Shown here piece by piece: positions 36,401-50,100 of a DNA stretch of 64,000 bases. How positions within the stretch are numbered: the first letter of the stretch is position 1; each line of letters opens with the position of its first letter. Origin of the DNA: Phoronis australis (Eukaryota > Animalia > Phoronida); the NCBI GenBank assembly GCA_002633005.1, contig NMRA01000116.1, forward strand, positions 156,474 through 220,473, given 5' to 3'. The notes under the pieces are model-generated. The model worked only from the letters and a program-made list of their open reading frames with translations. It searched no databases and was not told the origin of the DNA. The position numbers and the translations under genes were made by a program.

Positions 36401-39400
36401 TTAGCAATGTGAATTGCAATCACAAGTAACGAGTTATTGTTTTGGGTCATGGACTCACTTCAAAATATAATACTTTAACGTTTTTGTCACTTTATTTTCT
36501 TCCCATGTTTGCAAAGTTTAAGAATGCCGCTGGCGTCAAAACCTCCGCTTTCAGCGACTTTGTCTGCCGCACTGAGTTTTCGTCTGCAGTGCACTTGATA
36601 AAACATATATTCGAAAAAATCAGGCCAGAGAAATGAGACAATGGTTAAAAGTATATAGTCACGCCCGTTTCTGTTACTTAGGACTGTCGCTATTCTCTTT
36701 TGATGTGTGACTTTGTAGTGGTGCACGCGCGCAAGTTCCCACACTTTGGAGTGCATGTTACCTTGACACCAACATCTGATTGACAGGTGACTCGCACATA
36801 GGCCCTACGCGTGTGCTGAATCCCGCCGCTCAGGGCGCTTGCCTGTCGTAATAAGCGCCCATGTTCGGTTAACCGCCCACCCTGGATTTTTTGAAGTTTC
36901 ACGTTTAAGCGCCCATGTCTTGTTAACCGCCCACCCCCGATTTTTTGGGTTTGCCAATTTATCTGCCCCGGGGTAACCCGAACGTTTACAGTAATTAAAA
37001 TGCTGTTTATACCAGTATGTTGGAACCTCCCTTCCACATTACATGGGATCTCTATGTGGCGGTGAGTGCCTGCACACAAAAGACCTGATCACTGTGTGTC
37101 AAGATAGTGAACAGATTTCCAACCTGAGGAATGACTGACTGTAGTGGGATTTAACTAACACCACCTAACAGACTGATTGGTGATAGGTAGACAAGTGCTC
37201 CATGACTCATTGCTGATCTGTCAGACTTAAAGTCATGACCTATGCTGTAGTGGACTTTTTGTTGAGAAGGTGGAGTTATGACTTTTTGGTGTGTATTTAA
37301 GCCGTGTCTCACTTTTCATTCATATTCTTTGTCATCACACCTTTTAGTGCAAGCTGCTGAACACATTCACCAAAGAGGGAGGTATCGAGGACCCCAATGA
37401 GAGAACTATTCCGTTCATTCCTGGCAAAATCTTTCTCGGAAGGAGTCATATTCAAAGGGTGGCATTAAAGAGATCAACTGCACTAAATACGTATCTCAAG
37501 GTAAGAAATATGTAATAAAGTGCAACAACTATTTGTCTAGCGGGCACCACATGGATGGAGGGGAGGCTGGGTAATGGTACCAGATAGCTGATGTATGGCC
37601 CCTCAACTGCCATCTTCACTCCTGTCCAAAATCTAATGTTCAGTATCTTTTTCAAAGTTATACACATTCAAGTCTTTAAAATAATGTTAAACCACTTTCC
37701 AAGCAATGACTGAATTGGCTGCAGTAGAGTTATCTTCAAGACATCCATTCTGCCCACAGTTTTGGTCAAATGAAGGCCCTCTCACTTATTATCTTTGAAA
37801 TTGCTTGCACAGCATACAGCAAAGCCATCAATTATTTTGCTGCTTTACTGGACAGAGTTATTGGTTTCCTCCAAAATATGCTATTATCAGCATCATGAGG
37901 GACAATTCAATGACAGCTAGTTACGTAACTATGTGTATATTGCCTGTATGCGTAAATCTTGAGTCTTTTCGACATAAATTGTGACAGTTTTAAGTTTTCG
38001 TCCACAATAGTTGGTAGTGGTATGTGACTGATGTGCATGTTTTTTTTTCTCTTGCTTTATTTTCCATCCTGACCACAGTAAATCTCCATTTATGTTGCAT
38101 AAAAATAATTGACGCAATTGTCCTTTTCCATTTTTTCATCAGCTGGTAATGTTTCTAGAAACAATGGAACAAAACTTTTTCAAAATAATGTTGTTTTATT
38201 AATCTACACAGTACAAACCACGATATTAGTAAATAAATGAACTTATTAAATTTTTTGAATCTTTATTGTTGTGGAGAATTTGACATTTGAAATTATGGAA
38301 TTTCATTTGCTTGCCATAATGTGTGCTAAAGTAAAGAATTGCCATGAACTAATTCACATGGATTGTCTTTCAGACGCTTATTAAGCTACCTATAAACATC
38401 TCTCAGTCAGACCTTGTGTTGAGCTTCTTTGAAACAACCCAAGAGGACCTGAAACCACCAACCAAGTGGTGAGTTACTTACAAATATTTTAAGTTTGCAG
38501 AAAATAAGGCTTATTTAGGTACCTAGCAACCTTATTTCAAATGTTGTTGTCTGTAGTCAATTGGCATTTTGTTACATGGTTTACTCATCAGTTTGCATGG
38601 TGCACCCAGTTTATGGAAATTGGCTCGTTAGTTTAACGTTTCCTTGATAATATGCTCTTCGTCCATTTTCACAGCTCAAATTGTGGACTATTGGGAAAAT
38701 CGTCTTACGGTAGCAAAACTGTGGCTTTTAAAGTTGCTCATTTTTTAACCTTTCAATCTTCTTGTGCCAATCTCCATACATTTGACTGCACTATTGTAGG
38801 ACTGTTAATTGGAAGCTAACGACGCAAGTGATAACGATGTTCATGATCAACGTTTCGATTTAATAGCTTAAATCATCATCACATATGAGTCATTCTCTAC
38901 ATCTCTTCATCATAACAATCACCGTTACAGCAAAGTGCAAAATACAAGTGACAAGTAGAGAGATATCCTGTGAAATGAACTCAACTACGAGTGTTATGGC
39001 ATTATGGTTGATCTTAAATTTTGTGACATACAATGGCAAGGTCGTGGAAATTGGATTAATTGTATTGGAGACAAAGAACCTAATAAGAAGTTAGGACAAT
39101 AGGTGAACTCCTCTCGGACATAACTACAGTTTTGTTGTTTTTCGTGCTATTTATTAATGTACAAATTCATAAAATGTGTAATGGGATCAAAAGCAATTCC
39201 CCCCAACTCCCCACTCTTATCGTTGCCCCCAGTATGCCAATGTCGGACAAGTTGCTGGCAGAGTTTTAAAATTTTTATGGAAGAACTCAAAACTTGCATG
39301 AAAAAAGTGTTTATAATTTAAAAAGTTTAGAGAATTTTTGAGATATGATCTTGAACATATGTATGAAGTGAAATTTGGTCATGTTTGTAATGAGATACCT

Positions 39401-42400
39401 TTATTTTGCTGTTCAATAAATGTGACCTCTTTATTTTTGCTAAATAAATTCGACCCAAGTAATGGAAGATAGACAACAAGAATAAAATTCTGCAGGCTTT
39501 CTGCTGTCAGTCAGTTCTTTTCTTGGGTTAAAATCGAAATCCCGTTAAGGCTAAATCTACAGGCTTGTTGATAAGGCCATGAAGACTGTGCATAACCTTA
39601 TGACACAAAAGTGAGCTGTTGAGTGTCTGTCTAAAGTCTTGCCACGAAAGTACAAAACTTGAAGCATGCTAGTCATTAGTCAGTAAACTAACCTATAGAT
39701 TTAAATAAGGTTTGAAGTCCGCACAGTGAAAGAGTAGAATCAAGTGCCATACACATCACACTCGAGTTGCATGTTCAAACATTAACCTGCATGCATTGAA
39801 ATTGCAATCGCGTGAACACATTTATCTTAGAAATAATACAGCAAATATAACTGCACACAAATCAAGCCTTTAGAAAAAAACTTATTCACTTGAAGATTCG
39901 ACTTTGTACTATTCGCTTGTCACTCAGCCATTTGCAATTTTTAACCTACCTGTGAATTTGTGAACTAAAACATTCACTTTGCTCATTGACTGGGATTCAG
40001 GTCACTTCATAATGTCATTAGGTCAAAAACTAACTGTAGAAGATGGCAGATGATTTGATTCGTTGTTATTAGAGTAACGTAAAAAGAGGCAAAATATAAT
40101 GGGTAAGACCCTTTGCGGTTTTCTAAATGTGTCAAGGGAATTCGATTTTGTTAGTTCCAACATAGTGAACAAAAATTGTTCTCCCATTGTTTTGGTTTAT
40201 ATCCATTTCACCAAGTGGTGAAAAGCCCTCCAGTTGACCTTCAGATCTGTTTAAGAGCTGAGTATTGGCTAGCTTGTCTTTAATTTGTTTCATGACAGAA
40301 TGCAACGCAGCGTGGTTTTCGACAATTATTGAGGATGATGGGTATCTGGAACAATTAGAGTGTGGTTACTATAGGAAAGTTGGATGTTGTGTTTTCCAGT
40401 GATGAGGACCCTCAGTCAGCTAATGTCATCTCTGACCCTTTGGCTCTTGACCAGTATGTGGCCGTGGCTGACTATACCAAGCAGAGGCCCAGCGAGGTGG
40501 ACCTCTCTGAAGGTATGGTGGTGGATGTCTATGACAAGAAAGAAACAGGTGAGTTACCCTATACAGTTGTACCAAATCTGAATAGATTTCTGCCCCGACT
40601 GGGACTTGAACCGGGACCTTCTGCTAACCGTAGACACTGTAGTCCACATTTATTCAGAATTATGTTTATTGGGTCATGTGATGTGACCAACAGGTGGCAT
40701 GCAGACCAGACTTAAAAATGCTTGTGAACGTTTGCTTTTGTAAATGATTGTATTCCTCAAGACCCAAGTCAGCTGTACTGCTATAGATCAGGGCTTGGAA
40801 TTTTCCGCGGAAACGTGGATTTCCGCTTTTTTCAAATGTGCTTTCCACTTTTTTTATAATATTTCCGCGTAAAAAATCGGATTTGATATAAAATTTCCGC
40901 GGGAAATTCCTTTCTTACCGCGGCGTTGCAGACGACGTTCACCTCGAAAAGCGGAAGTTGCTCTTTATGTTTCGGAGGAACGTAAATTGTCAACATTGCC
41001 GGGGCACCTGGGACAGCGTGGTGGGAGATTTTCAATGACGTCTCGTGTTATTGTTAAGCGCGGCGACAAATACTACCGCTCTGCAGCCAAAAATGTGTGG
41101 GTTGGGAGTGGACGGGCGAGCTGAAAGGACGCAGATGCATGCTACTGATGGTGGTAACGTTTTTTTTTTTTTTTTATTTAGTCCTCCCGATTTTTGTCGG
41201 GGAAAGGTTCACACTGACCATTTCAAGGCTGGTTATCGGGCAAGATTTGGGCCGTAAAAATTTCAAAGTTTCCGCGTTTTTTGTCATTGGTCATTCCAAG
41301 CCCTGATAGATATTGACTTTTACTTGTTACAGGAAGCTTTCATTACAATGGATTTAGCCATGTCCCAGGAGAGTTCATTGTGTGATTCAACTGTATTAGA
41401 ATTCAAAATCTTTGTTTTTGTTTAAAAAATTGTTATCCTAAAAGCATTGTCACCTATTTAGCACACAATGTAGCCTTGAAGCGAATTTTTTAAAATTATT
41501 AAATTTTTACAAAATTTTAATCTTTTATAATTAAGCTTGGCGAAAAGTTTCATTAATTGCAGCAAGGTAATTAGGTGGTGAAAAATAAAAATGGCAATTT
41601 TGTTAATTATTGTTTGTGTGAAACAAGTGAAGTACTAACTACAAAATGTCACTTTGTCGTTGACTTTTTTAAAATTTTTGTTGTAGTAACATTTGTTTTT
41701 TACTCAGCATGGTTATTTCTCCATAGGTTGGTGGTTTGTGTCCACAGAGGTCACTCAAGGTTGGGTGCCCGGGTCCTACCTTGAGCGCATGAATGGACAA
41801 GATGATGACCTAGCGCCCTCTGTTGACAGTCAAGGTTTTTATCACCTCATGCTGCTATTGTCTACTGGTCACGATTCGTCTGTTAACAAATAAAAGTCAA
41901 TTTACTGTTGATCAGTAACATTTCTGAGGCATCAAAATAAATTCAATACATGGAACTTTTTTACAATTAATGAGTTTATTTATTCAATTAACATTATAAT
42001 GGAATCTGATGTTATCAGTCTTAAGAGATGGCTGGGATTATCAACTGCATGGAGGCGATAGAAATAATTCCTTTAGAAACATTTCTGTGAAAGTTCTGGG
42101 ATTCTGAAATTTATGGAAATGTAGTGTTCCAGGAATATAATCCCCTGGCTTATATTCTGGAATCTTTGGTATTAAATGACATACTCCTAGTGTCATACCC
42201 TTTCCAATGCTCAAAATTATGAGGTCTCGTATCAAATTATGTTTTAGGAGAAATGTACGTTTGTTACAAAGAATTTACTGCGAGTCAGTCTGATGAGATT
42301 TCTCTTGCAAAAGGAGCGAGTGTCTTGGTGGTGCAAAAATCTTTGGATGGTTGGTGGAAAATAAGGTACTGTACCAAGTGCCTCATGTGGTCACATTTTC

Positions 42401-45265
42401 ATTCATAACTGTGTGTGCATGAGTGAAGTAATATTGAAATAGGTTTATAAGACTAAAGTTTTTTAATGTTTTTAGTTACTGGTGGTCGGTACAAAAATCT
42501 TTTTGGACTTTCTTGTAATTACTAGCTCACATGATGTGATCATGTACTACTCTACAAGACATGTCTACTCCTATGTATTTCCACTATTCCTTTTGGTGTT
42601 TTTTTTCTTCCTATTCACCCATTATATTGTCACCCAATCAGTCTATTGTTATTTACTGTTGTAGCGACTTTAGTGCCACACGGGTCTGGAATGGCGATTA
42701 AAGGAGAGAAGTTTGTTCCGTCTTTTTCTAGACTCCACAACAGAGAGGGAATGGCACCCGCTACATGTCTCGTAAAGCCTGAATCTGATCAAGCCAAGCG
42801 AATAAGACAGGCAGAGTCCTCTCTGGCAAGTGCGCAAACTAACAGAACACATGGTGGCTCCAACGGACAGCAGAAAATATCAAAGAGCAAACCCGTACCG
42901 CCCAGAGCCAATTCAATTGAGGTAACTGTGACTACTCTATCATGACAGTCAATTCAATTGAGGTAACTGTGACTATTCTATCATGACAGTCAATTCAATT
43001 GAGGTAACTGTGACTATTCTATCATGACAGTCAATTCAATTGAGGTAACTGTGACTATTCTATCATGGCAGTCAATTCAATTGAGGTAACTGTGACTATT
43101 CTATCATGGCAGTCAATTCAATTGAGGTAACTGTGACTATTCTATCATGACAGTCAATTCAATTTAGGTAACTGTGACTATTCTATCATGACAGTCAATT
43201 CAATTTAGGTAACTGTGACTATTCTATCATGACAGTTCTATGAATATTCACAAGTGTATCGAGCTTGGTTATAAGTGAAGAAGCATGTTTCACTTACACG
43301 TTAGTCTTAGCTAAGTGTCTGAATGCAAAATGGCCGTGGTAATCTTACGGACTTCAAGTACTTTACACTGGATGCAACATTGTCACCGATTTGAGTCGGA
43401 TAGTCCATCAAAAGAGTGAAACAAACGTCGTTAGGTGATTAAGATTAATGTCGTCAGCTTACTGTGAATGGGTGTGAGACTTGCAGTGTGCTCGGGAAAT
43501 ATAACCGCCCCTATTAGGTTTGCCGTCTTCTTGGAATAGTCTATCACAACAGAATTGATTGGCACAGTGGGCACTACTGCGTGACACATGCGATTGGACG
43601 GCATTGCGTGATGGAGTAACTTACTACTTTTTAGTTCTTGCACTTTCTGTCTGCCAAATGCTTGGCGTTAAGGAACATGTCTTGTTTATTCGCTAGCATG
43701 TAGCTCATTGAGTCAGTGTTAATTGATTGCTTACTTGGGATTATTTTAACTGTACCTCATATGTTTTGTAACGTGCCCCATGGTGTTGGTAACCATTTTT
43801 GTTACATGTTATGAAAAACCTAGCACAATGTCACTGACCTGTGAACCCTTGTGGCATGTGACGCAGCACATTTACTGCAAAGTGTAAAAAATGGGAGCTA
43901 TTGTCTTGTCTGAACACATGAAAATTCGTACAGAGCGCTCAAACTATTCAAATTTTTTTTTTTCACAGAATTGCTGTGAACCAACCATACTTTAGTAGAA
44001 GAACCTCGTTGTTCCTGTGTTTTCAATGATGGCCTGTTATAGCAAGTGGCATTTTTATTCATTTGCTAGAACAAAACATCACCATGACAGCGCACATGTG
44101 CTGGTCTCACAAGAGTAGTCATTGACTGCGTGCTCAACCAAGCACACTGTGGGAAGTGAACATTACACACATATTTTAATGGTCCCATATGAGCAAGATC
44201 ATTACATGCTTGTGTTAGCTTACGATGGATTGCTATTGCCCCACTTTGACTTGGTTTTGTGGCAGTGGGGCTAGGACCTTACATACTAATATGCCCGTTT
44301 TATCTTCAAAGCGTCCTAAGCCACGCCCACCACGACCAGCGCCCCCTGCTGTAAGAAAGGAGTATATCACACTGGCAGACTTCACAGATACTGCTGGGGA
44401 TGGTATTTCCTTTAAACAAGGCCAAACTGTCCAGGTTAGTTAAAAGATAGTTATTTTGCTTGTGCTGAAATAAGTTGTCTAACCAAAGGATATGACAGTT
44501 TGCAAGTAGGTTAATTTAGGGCATTGTTATCTGTTGACTGTTGACTATCTACAGGCCGGAATTTAACTTTTGAATTATGACAATGATGAAGAGGTACCAT
44601 CGTCTGTTCTGAATAGCATATCACACACTACATTGGCTTGTCTTGACTGTGAGTACTGGGCCCTTGCTGTTTGTAACCAGAAGACACGACATTGTTTATG
44701 GATGGTGATTATAGCTCTTATTACAACTGGTGTGCTTTTTCACTTCACCTACTGAAGTTGCTCAACACATTGTGAAGATGATGATGTGTTCGTATTTTAT
44801 CGCTGGGCAAGGTAGGAGCCCAATGCTTGTATTGAATGAAGAATTTTGAACTTATAACCATTTCAGGTTATGGAGAAGAATGTTTCTGGCTGGTGGTTTG
44901 TAGAGATTGACGGTGAACAAGGTTGGGCTCCTTCATCTTACTTGGAGGAAAGGAAACTTCCCCTCCGGCCCCCTGCTCCTAACCTGTCTAGGCCAGCTGC
45001 TGTTTCTACTGGTACCAAACCCTCTAGTAACTTCACATTTGGGTCCAGGTCACCCAAGATAGAGAAGCGGGTTCAGGACGTCAAGAAACCTCAACCACCA
45101 CGACCCGTGGGCCCGAAACAGGGAGGTACTAGTTGTGCTGTGACCACAGCAGGCCATAATGAAATCATCACAGGAGGAGGTGATATACTAGTAGGTGAGA
45201 CAGAAGGCGCCAGACCTTCTGTAAGTGAACTGCGCAAAAGGCTGGAACAGTCCAAGATATCTTGA
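33442..45265 (+). CDS. SH3PXD2A: PX + 3 SH3 domain adaptor, Tks5/Tks4 (SH3PXD2)/p47phox family, about 494 aa
   Basis: Exons: 33442-33510 (MTRTVVDVQVKDVEKRRYPSKHY), 34907-34987 (VYVIYVSWSDGTVSVIYRRYSKFFSFQ), 37348-37500 (..RTIPFIPGKIFLGRSHIQRVALKR), 38374-38468, 40400-40548 + 41727-41834 (SH3-1), 42248-42365 + 42732-42921 (SH3-2), 44312-44434 + 44867-45265 (Pro-rich, SH3-3, stop). All introns are GT-AG and phases give 1485 nt open. The PX motifs match the Tks5 N-terminus as I recall it. The symbol denotes the family. Confidence 0.88.
33813..33969 (+). mobile_element. Short TG..CA LTR-like unit containing a tRNA-like sequence
   Basis: TGTAG..CTACA termini. A tRNA-like segment at 33873-33942 has A box TAGCTGAATGG and B box GGTTGGATCCC but a poor acceptor stem. 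Confidence 0.5.
34681..34853. mobile_element. Small Tc1/mariner MITE
   Basis: TA|CAGGGTGACCCAAAAA ... TTTTTGGATCACTCTG|TA. Confidence 0.7.
35798..35901. repeat. Short inverted repeat (about 30-bp arms), MITE-like
   Basis: TTCAGTTGATCCATTACTGTTGTTTTATTT / AAATAAAACAACAATAATGGATCAACTGAA. Confidence 0.7.
36124..36991. mobile_element. Tc2-like MITE with TA target duplication
   Basis: TA|CCGTAAACGTTCGGGTTAAC ... GTAACCCGAACGTTTACAG|TA, with arrays of TTAA(C/G)CGCCCA motifs at both ends. Confidence 0.8.
40789..41305. mobile_element. hAT-type MITE, CpG-rich (probably young)
   Basis: TIR CAGGGCTTGGAAT..ATTCCAAGCCCTG, flanked by the direct repeat ATAGAT, with repeated TTTCCGCG subterminal motifs. 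Confidence 0.8.
42909..43236. repeat. Minisatellite, 41-bp unit x8, spanning an exon/intron junction
   Basis: CAATTCAATTGAGGTAACTGTGACTATTCTATCATGACAGT at 42909, 42950, ... 43196. Confidence 0.95.
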
Positions 45266-47109
45266 TTGTTGGACAGCATGGGTTTTCAGTCGACGGGTTT
45301 TTATTTACAAAGCATGTGCCAATAATGTGACTTGACTGTTGATCTCATGACAGATTCAGGATGTTTCGTTATCCATTAGGGATGACAAAACCCGTGTTGT
45401 AGTACTTCGTCGTATTGTGAAGTAATGGTCAAAGTTGACGAATATTTCATTGTTCACCAACACGCTATGTATTTTAACCCGTGTCCTCTGAAGTGGCAAC
45501 ATTTAAAACATGCAATCCACTTGAGATTTTCAACAGCTATATTTTGGTCATTTCATGCCATCTGTGACTAGTGAGCATGCAATGTGGCGGAAAGGCCAAA
45601 TTTTTCAGTGAAAACATCTACACTGTTCTTAGCATCAAGTAAAATCTCACTGTCTTTTTCCATTTTTCAAAAGGCTCCAGACACTGTAGTAAATGCCCTT
45701 AACTTAACAAAACAGTGGTTGTAGATATGATATAGATACAGCATTTATTTAGTGCTCCACCCGATTGTTTTATGAAAAAATCACTTGTCCACCATATCGT
45801 GTCCTAAATTATAGTTTACGGCCATGATTGTAGCTGTTGCTATTCTGCCATAGTCGTAGAATAAATTCCGATCGTTTGAACCAAGGTATCTGGCCTTTGA
45901 AAACTTAAAACCATCGGCATACCGTATTTTATTACCTTCTGCTGCCAGTTTAAAGTGCATGAATTACATTGCACTACGTATCTCAATATGTTAGGTGATA
46001 TTGCTTTGCGTATTATATTTTTGTACGTGGATGCTCAACATGTATTGTGATTTTGCTTTTCATTGCTGTCTACAAATATTAGTAACTTATATTAGAAATA
46101 AATTAAAAATTGATTTTGTTTTATTGTTTATTGCAAGATTTTATATAATTATACTATGTAATATAGCTATTTCAAGTATGAAGTTGTCGATGTTTCCATT
46201 TTTTGCACTGACAGAAAATTTTGTGGTCGCATTTAGCCTGCATCTCATCCATGTGCCATTAACTTTACTTGTCCAATGATTATCTCAAAAATCACGTGAC
46301 AGATTTGATGAAATTCAGCATGGTGTAAATGAAGCACGGACTTAACTGTTATGTTCAAGAACTGACGAATCAAAATCAGAACAAATACATTAATTATCCT
46401 TGAAACAATGACGGAAAGATACTACACTGTTCTTGGCTTTTTATTGTTCACAAAAATCATTAGAAAATATCAAATACTTAATAACACTCATCACCTTCAA
46501 AAGGTTGGAACAAGTTTGAAACTCATTACATGGCTGCCAAATCAGCAACAGTGACTAATGCTTCCCAGTTAATTGAAAGAAAATGGCAGCCCATAACTGC
46601 AATCGCAGTCTTTGCAGAGTTCTCAGCTAAAATGCAATATTTCCTAAGTTAAATGCACCAATTGAAATTTGACATGCCTTTCAAATTGCGAGTATCAGAA
46701 AGTATAAGCAAATATCTGACAATAAAATACAGCCAAGCAAGATGTGCAATACAAAATATTGATGTTGCAGTACCGAAACCATTCTGTTCACTAATCAAAA
46801 ATCTGGCTATACTTCGGGAGCAAGTTTTCGGATATACAACAATGAAACAACGAAAAGTGTCGTGAGTTCAATCAATTCTGTATATCAAAAATCTGTGCAT
46901 GTCTACGTATTTAACAGCAATACCGCAGTTGCAAACTAATCCAATTGCTTTGCAAGCATGCCCTGACCTGCCATAAGACCCAAAGGGTCAGTGATATCAC
47001 AGAAATATGGTAACCTATAGAGAAGGCATACTTTAATTCTATGTACAAGTTAGAATTATCATTAACCACTAAAAAGCTTTGAGATACTTGAACTATCATG
47101 GGTCTAGCA

Positions 47110-50100
47110 TCACTGTGCATGAACTTTGTGCTTGGACAGAAGAATGCTGGGAACTATAAGGAGAGCGCCACCTATTGAATAACACAGTAGTGAGCCCACA
47201 CTCCAGTACACTGCAAAAAGAGGAAAATGTGAATTACAAGCACAGAAGGAAAATGACATCACAAAAAGTCTACAATGCTAGGTACGGTAAACTCTCGCCA
47301 ATTTTGGACAAAATAATTGCCAAATGTACTCTTCACTTTTCAAGGTCTAACATTGTTATGAATGCCCGCAAATTTACAAATATTTTATGTAACTTGGTAG
47401 CTACATGTCCAGTACAGAACTAGAACATGGTAAAGCATTAATTTGATGCTACATATCTTTTATGACAAATGAGAAAATAAAAATACTTCACTTGCTTGCC
47501 ATATTATGTCCTAAATTGGTGAGATTTTACTGTGTGTGCCGAAAGTAGCCTGAATTAAGTTTTGCATTGACCAATTTCATACATTTCAACTCTTTTATGC
47601 TTAGCAAATTTGGTAAAAAGAAACAGAAAACCACAGCACTAACAAAGACATGTCCCATTTACTGTTGTTCTAATGACAAACAGCGTTACTAAATTTAATG
47701 GATCTCATCACCTAGTAACAGTGGTCCAAACTGTATTTTGTGTAGCCCTTAGCCCCATCTAGTATGGCTCTTTAGCGCTACTGTGTAGCAATATAAAAAA
47801 GGCCAGAAATGTAGAAAAAATGCATAAAATGCAGTGGCTGATGTGTGTAATTTTCCAGCACACTTGTGTTTTCCAGAGGCGAAAACAGTGACATTGGGTC
47901 ACTTAGTTGTCGAAATGATAAATGACAGTAAAACAGAAAAATGTAGTCGACTTTTGAAAATGATGATTTTAGCAACTGTTTTGGTACAAAAGTCTCACTC
48001 ATCAGATTCAACTCTCTTCTCTTGCGGAGGCATAAAAACATTGTATGACTGACCTCGCCTAGTCTAGTCTTGGTGCAGCATGGTCTGTTAACGCTGTTCT
48101 CATAGCATGAAATTAATGTTTACTTACGTGTTGACGCAAACACTGGACCCAGAGCTCGAGCCAAAGCACCAAGTGAACGGAATATACCCAGCACTGCCCC
48201 CTTTTGGCTTTCACCCCCATAAGATGAAATCAGCGTTGTCAAACAAGGCACCACTGTAGCTGATGCTGAAAAGATATAATGTGGCAACTGGCAACAATCA
48301 TGTTATGGATCCATTGTTCAAAATGGCATCTACTGCACGCCCAACAGGTGAATGTCAGAAAAAGAATACGCTACAAACGTTTAAATTATTTAAGTTCCGG
48401 TGGATGTTATTTACTAATCCCAAATTAAAGTATTACTCTGCATTTTTGTCACAACATAAACTATTGTGACTTGCGTGTAAATTACCCAGTTTTGTGAAAG
48501 ATATGAGCCATCTGGCAGGCAGGAGAATAAGTGATGATTACAATATGAAGCTAGATGACTGGCCAAATAACCTTGACACGTACGCTATGTTATTTCGTTG
48601 TTGCATACTTTCTGGTCACACGATTGTAAGGATTATCTCCCCTGGTTCATTCAGTCTGACTTACCAAAAGAAAACAGCGCCAAGCCCAAGTATAGAACTA
48701 GTTGTGTTGAAGCCAGACCCACAATAATAAAAGATGGAATGACCACAAGCATGCCCTGAAAATGACATAAACCAAAACTAAAAGTCTAGGCATCACATAA
48801 ATTACTAAGAAATGTGTTAACAGTGTCCAAATCAAGGGTTGGCCATGAAAGATTTCAAGTGAGTGGAGTGCCCTTATTGAAAAAGATATCATGCAGCTGG
48901 GGTTGTTTCATGAAAAATGACTTTTAAGTCAGAAATTTGGTTGTATGCACCCACTTCACAATATACTGAATGAAGATTTAGCCACAGAAATAATTTAGGG
49001 CTGTTCCAGTAAAATCCGTGTGGGAGGGGGGCACGGCAGTAGAAATAAAAATTCATGGGTGGTGGTCTTCAGAAAAAAACTCAAATTACAGGTGGTAGTT
49101 CCTGTAAGAAGTGATGCATTAAAAACGGGTGGTATTTTTTGATCTGTCAACGTTGACAGGTTGGTTAATTCAGCCAACACATCTCCAAAGAAATCAAAAC
49201 TCAAAAAATGCGATTGGCATATATCCCAACTTATCCCAATACAAAAAAGCCCATATTGCCAGTGAACAGAGTGCAATATGTTCACTTAGCCATTAATCAA
49301 GTCATGGGCAACTTGATTTGAGCCAAGTGCTTGTCTGCAGTCCTATTGAATTGAAAAGTTATGCAACACTAAACTGGTGTTAACACATATAAGAAAATTG
49401 ATGATTTTTAAATAAAAAGTATGAGAAGTAAGATAAACAAGTTCCAATATTCACTTGACATAGAAGTATAAAAGAGTTTGTGGAGACAGTTTGAGATTCA
49501 TAGATCCTTATAATTGAAAAAATGTTCATTGAAATTATAGACACATGGTAAACAGAGACACCTGGTGGCTGCCAAAAGTATTGTTCACAGGCTACTTTAA
49601 TTTTTGACAATATTGGACAAGACAACTAGTTCTTGTCTGTCAATCATCTAAGTTCTTAACAGGTCCTCCTGGAGGCAATTTGTTTGCAAGTGTTGGATTT
49701 TATAGTTTAACCTATTAAAAATAATTAAATAATTATGGGTCATGGGTTGGAGAAATAAATGAAAAATATTGGCGGTGGGTACGAAATAAAAGTGCCTTCC
49801 CCCCCTCCCATACAGATTTTGCTGGAACAGCCCTTAGGCAAATTATCTCAGAAACTAACAGTTATGCATATATTCTCAAACACTGTACTTTTGGTAAACG
49901 AAAAAAATTCTGAAACAAGCCTAAGTCACGTTACATGCAACAGACCCCCAGTCCAGTGTGAAATAAAACACTGCGCAAAGGAGCTTTTTATTCAGAAAAA
50001 ATATTTTCATTAACTTGTTGCACAATGCTGAGCTGTTCTCAGAAAAAATATACAAAAACTTAGAACAAAATGCACAACACATTTCACATCATGTGATGTT

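Noticed and set aside
40590-40640. Minus-strand tRNA (GGTTCAAGTCCCAGTCGGGGCA), and a similar plus-strand remnant at about 56773-56856
   Set aside because: Only a T-arm or a degenerate body remains. Probably SINE/LTR remnants, too decayed to classify.
42909-43236. CRISPR-like regular repeats (also 5983-6208, 51135-51408)
   Set aside because: Units are head-to-tail with no unique spacers, the context is a eukaryotic intron, and there are no cas genes. These are minisatellites.
45266-47109. Overlapping 3'UTRs of convergent Tks-like and MFSD10 genes
   Set aside because: Candidate AATAAA signals (plus ~45860 and ~46098; minus ~46440) allow non-overlapping ends. The sequence gives no evidence of overlap.
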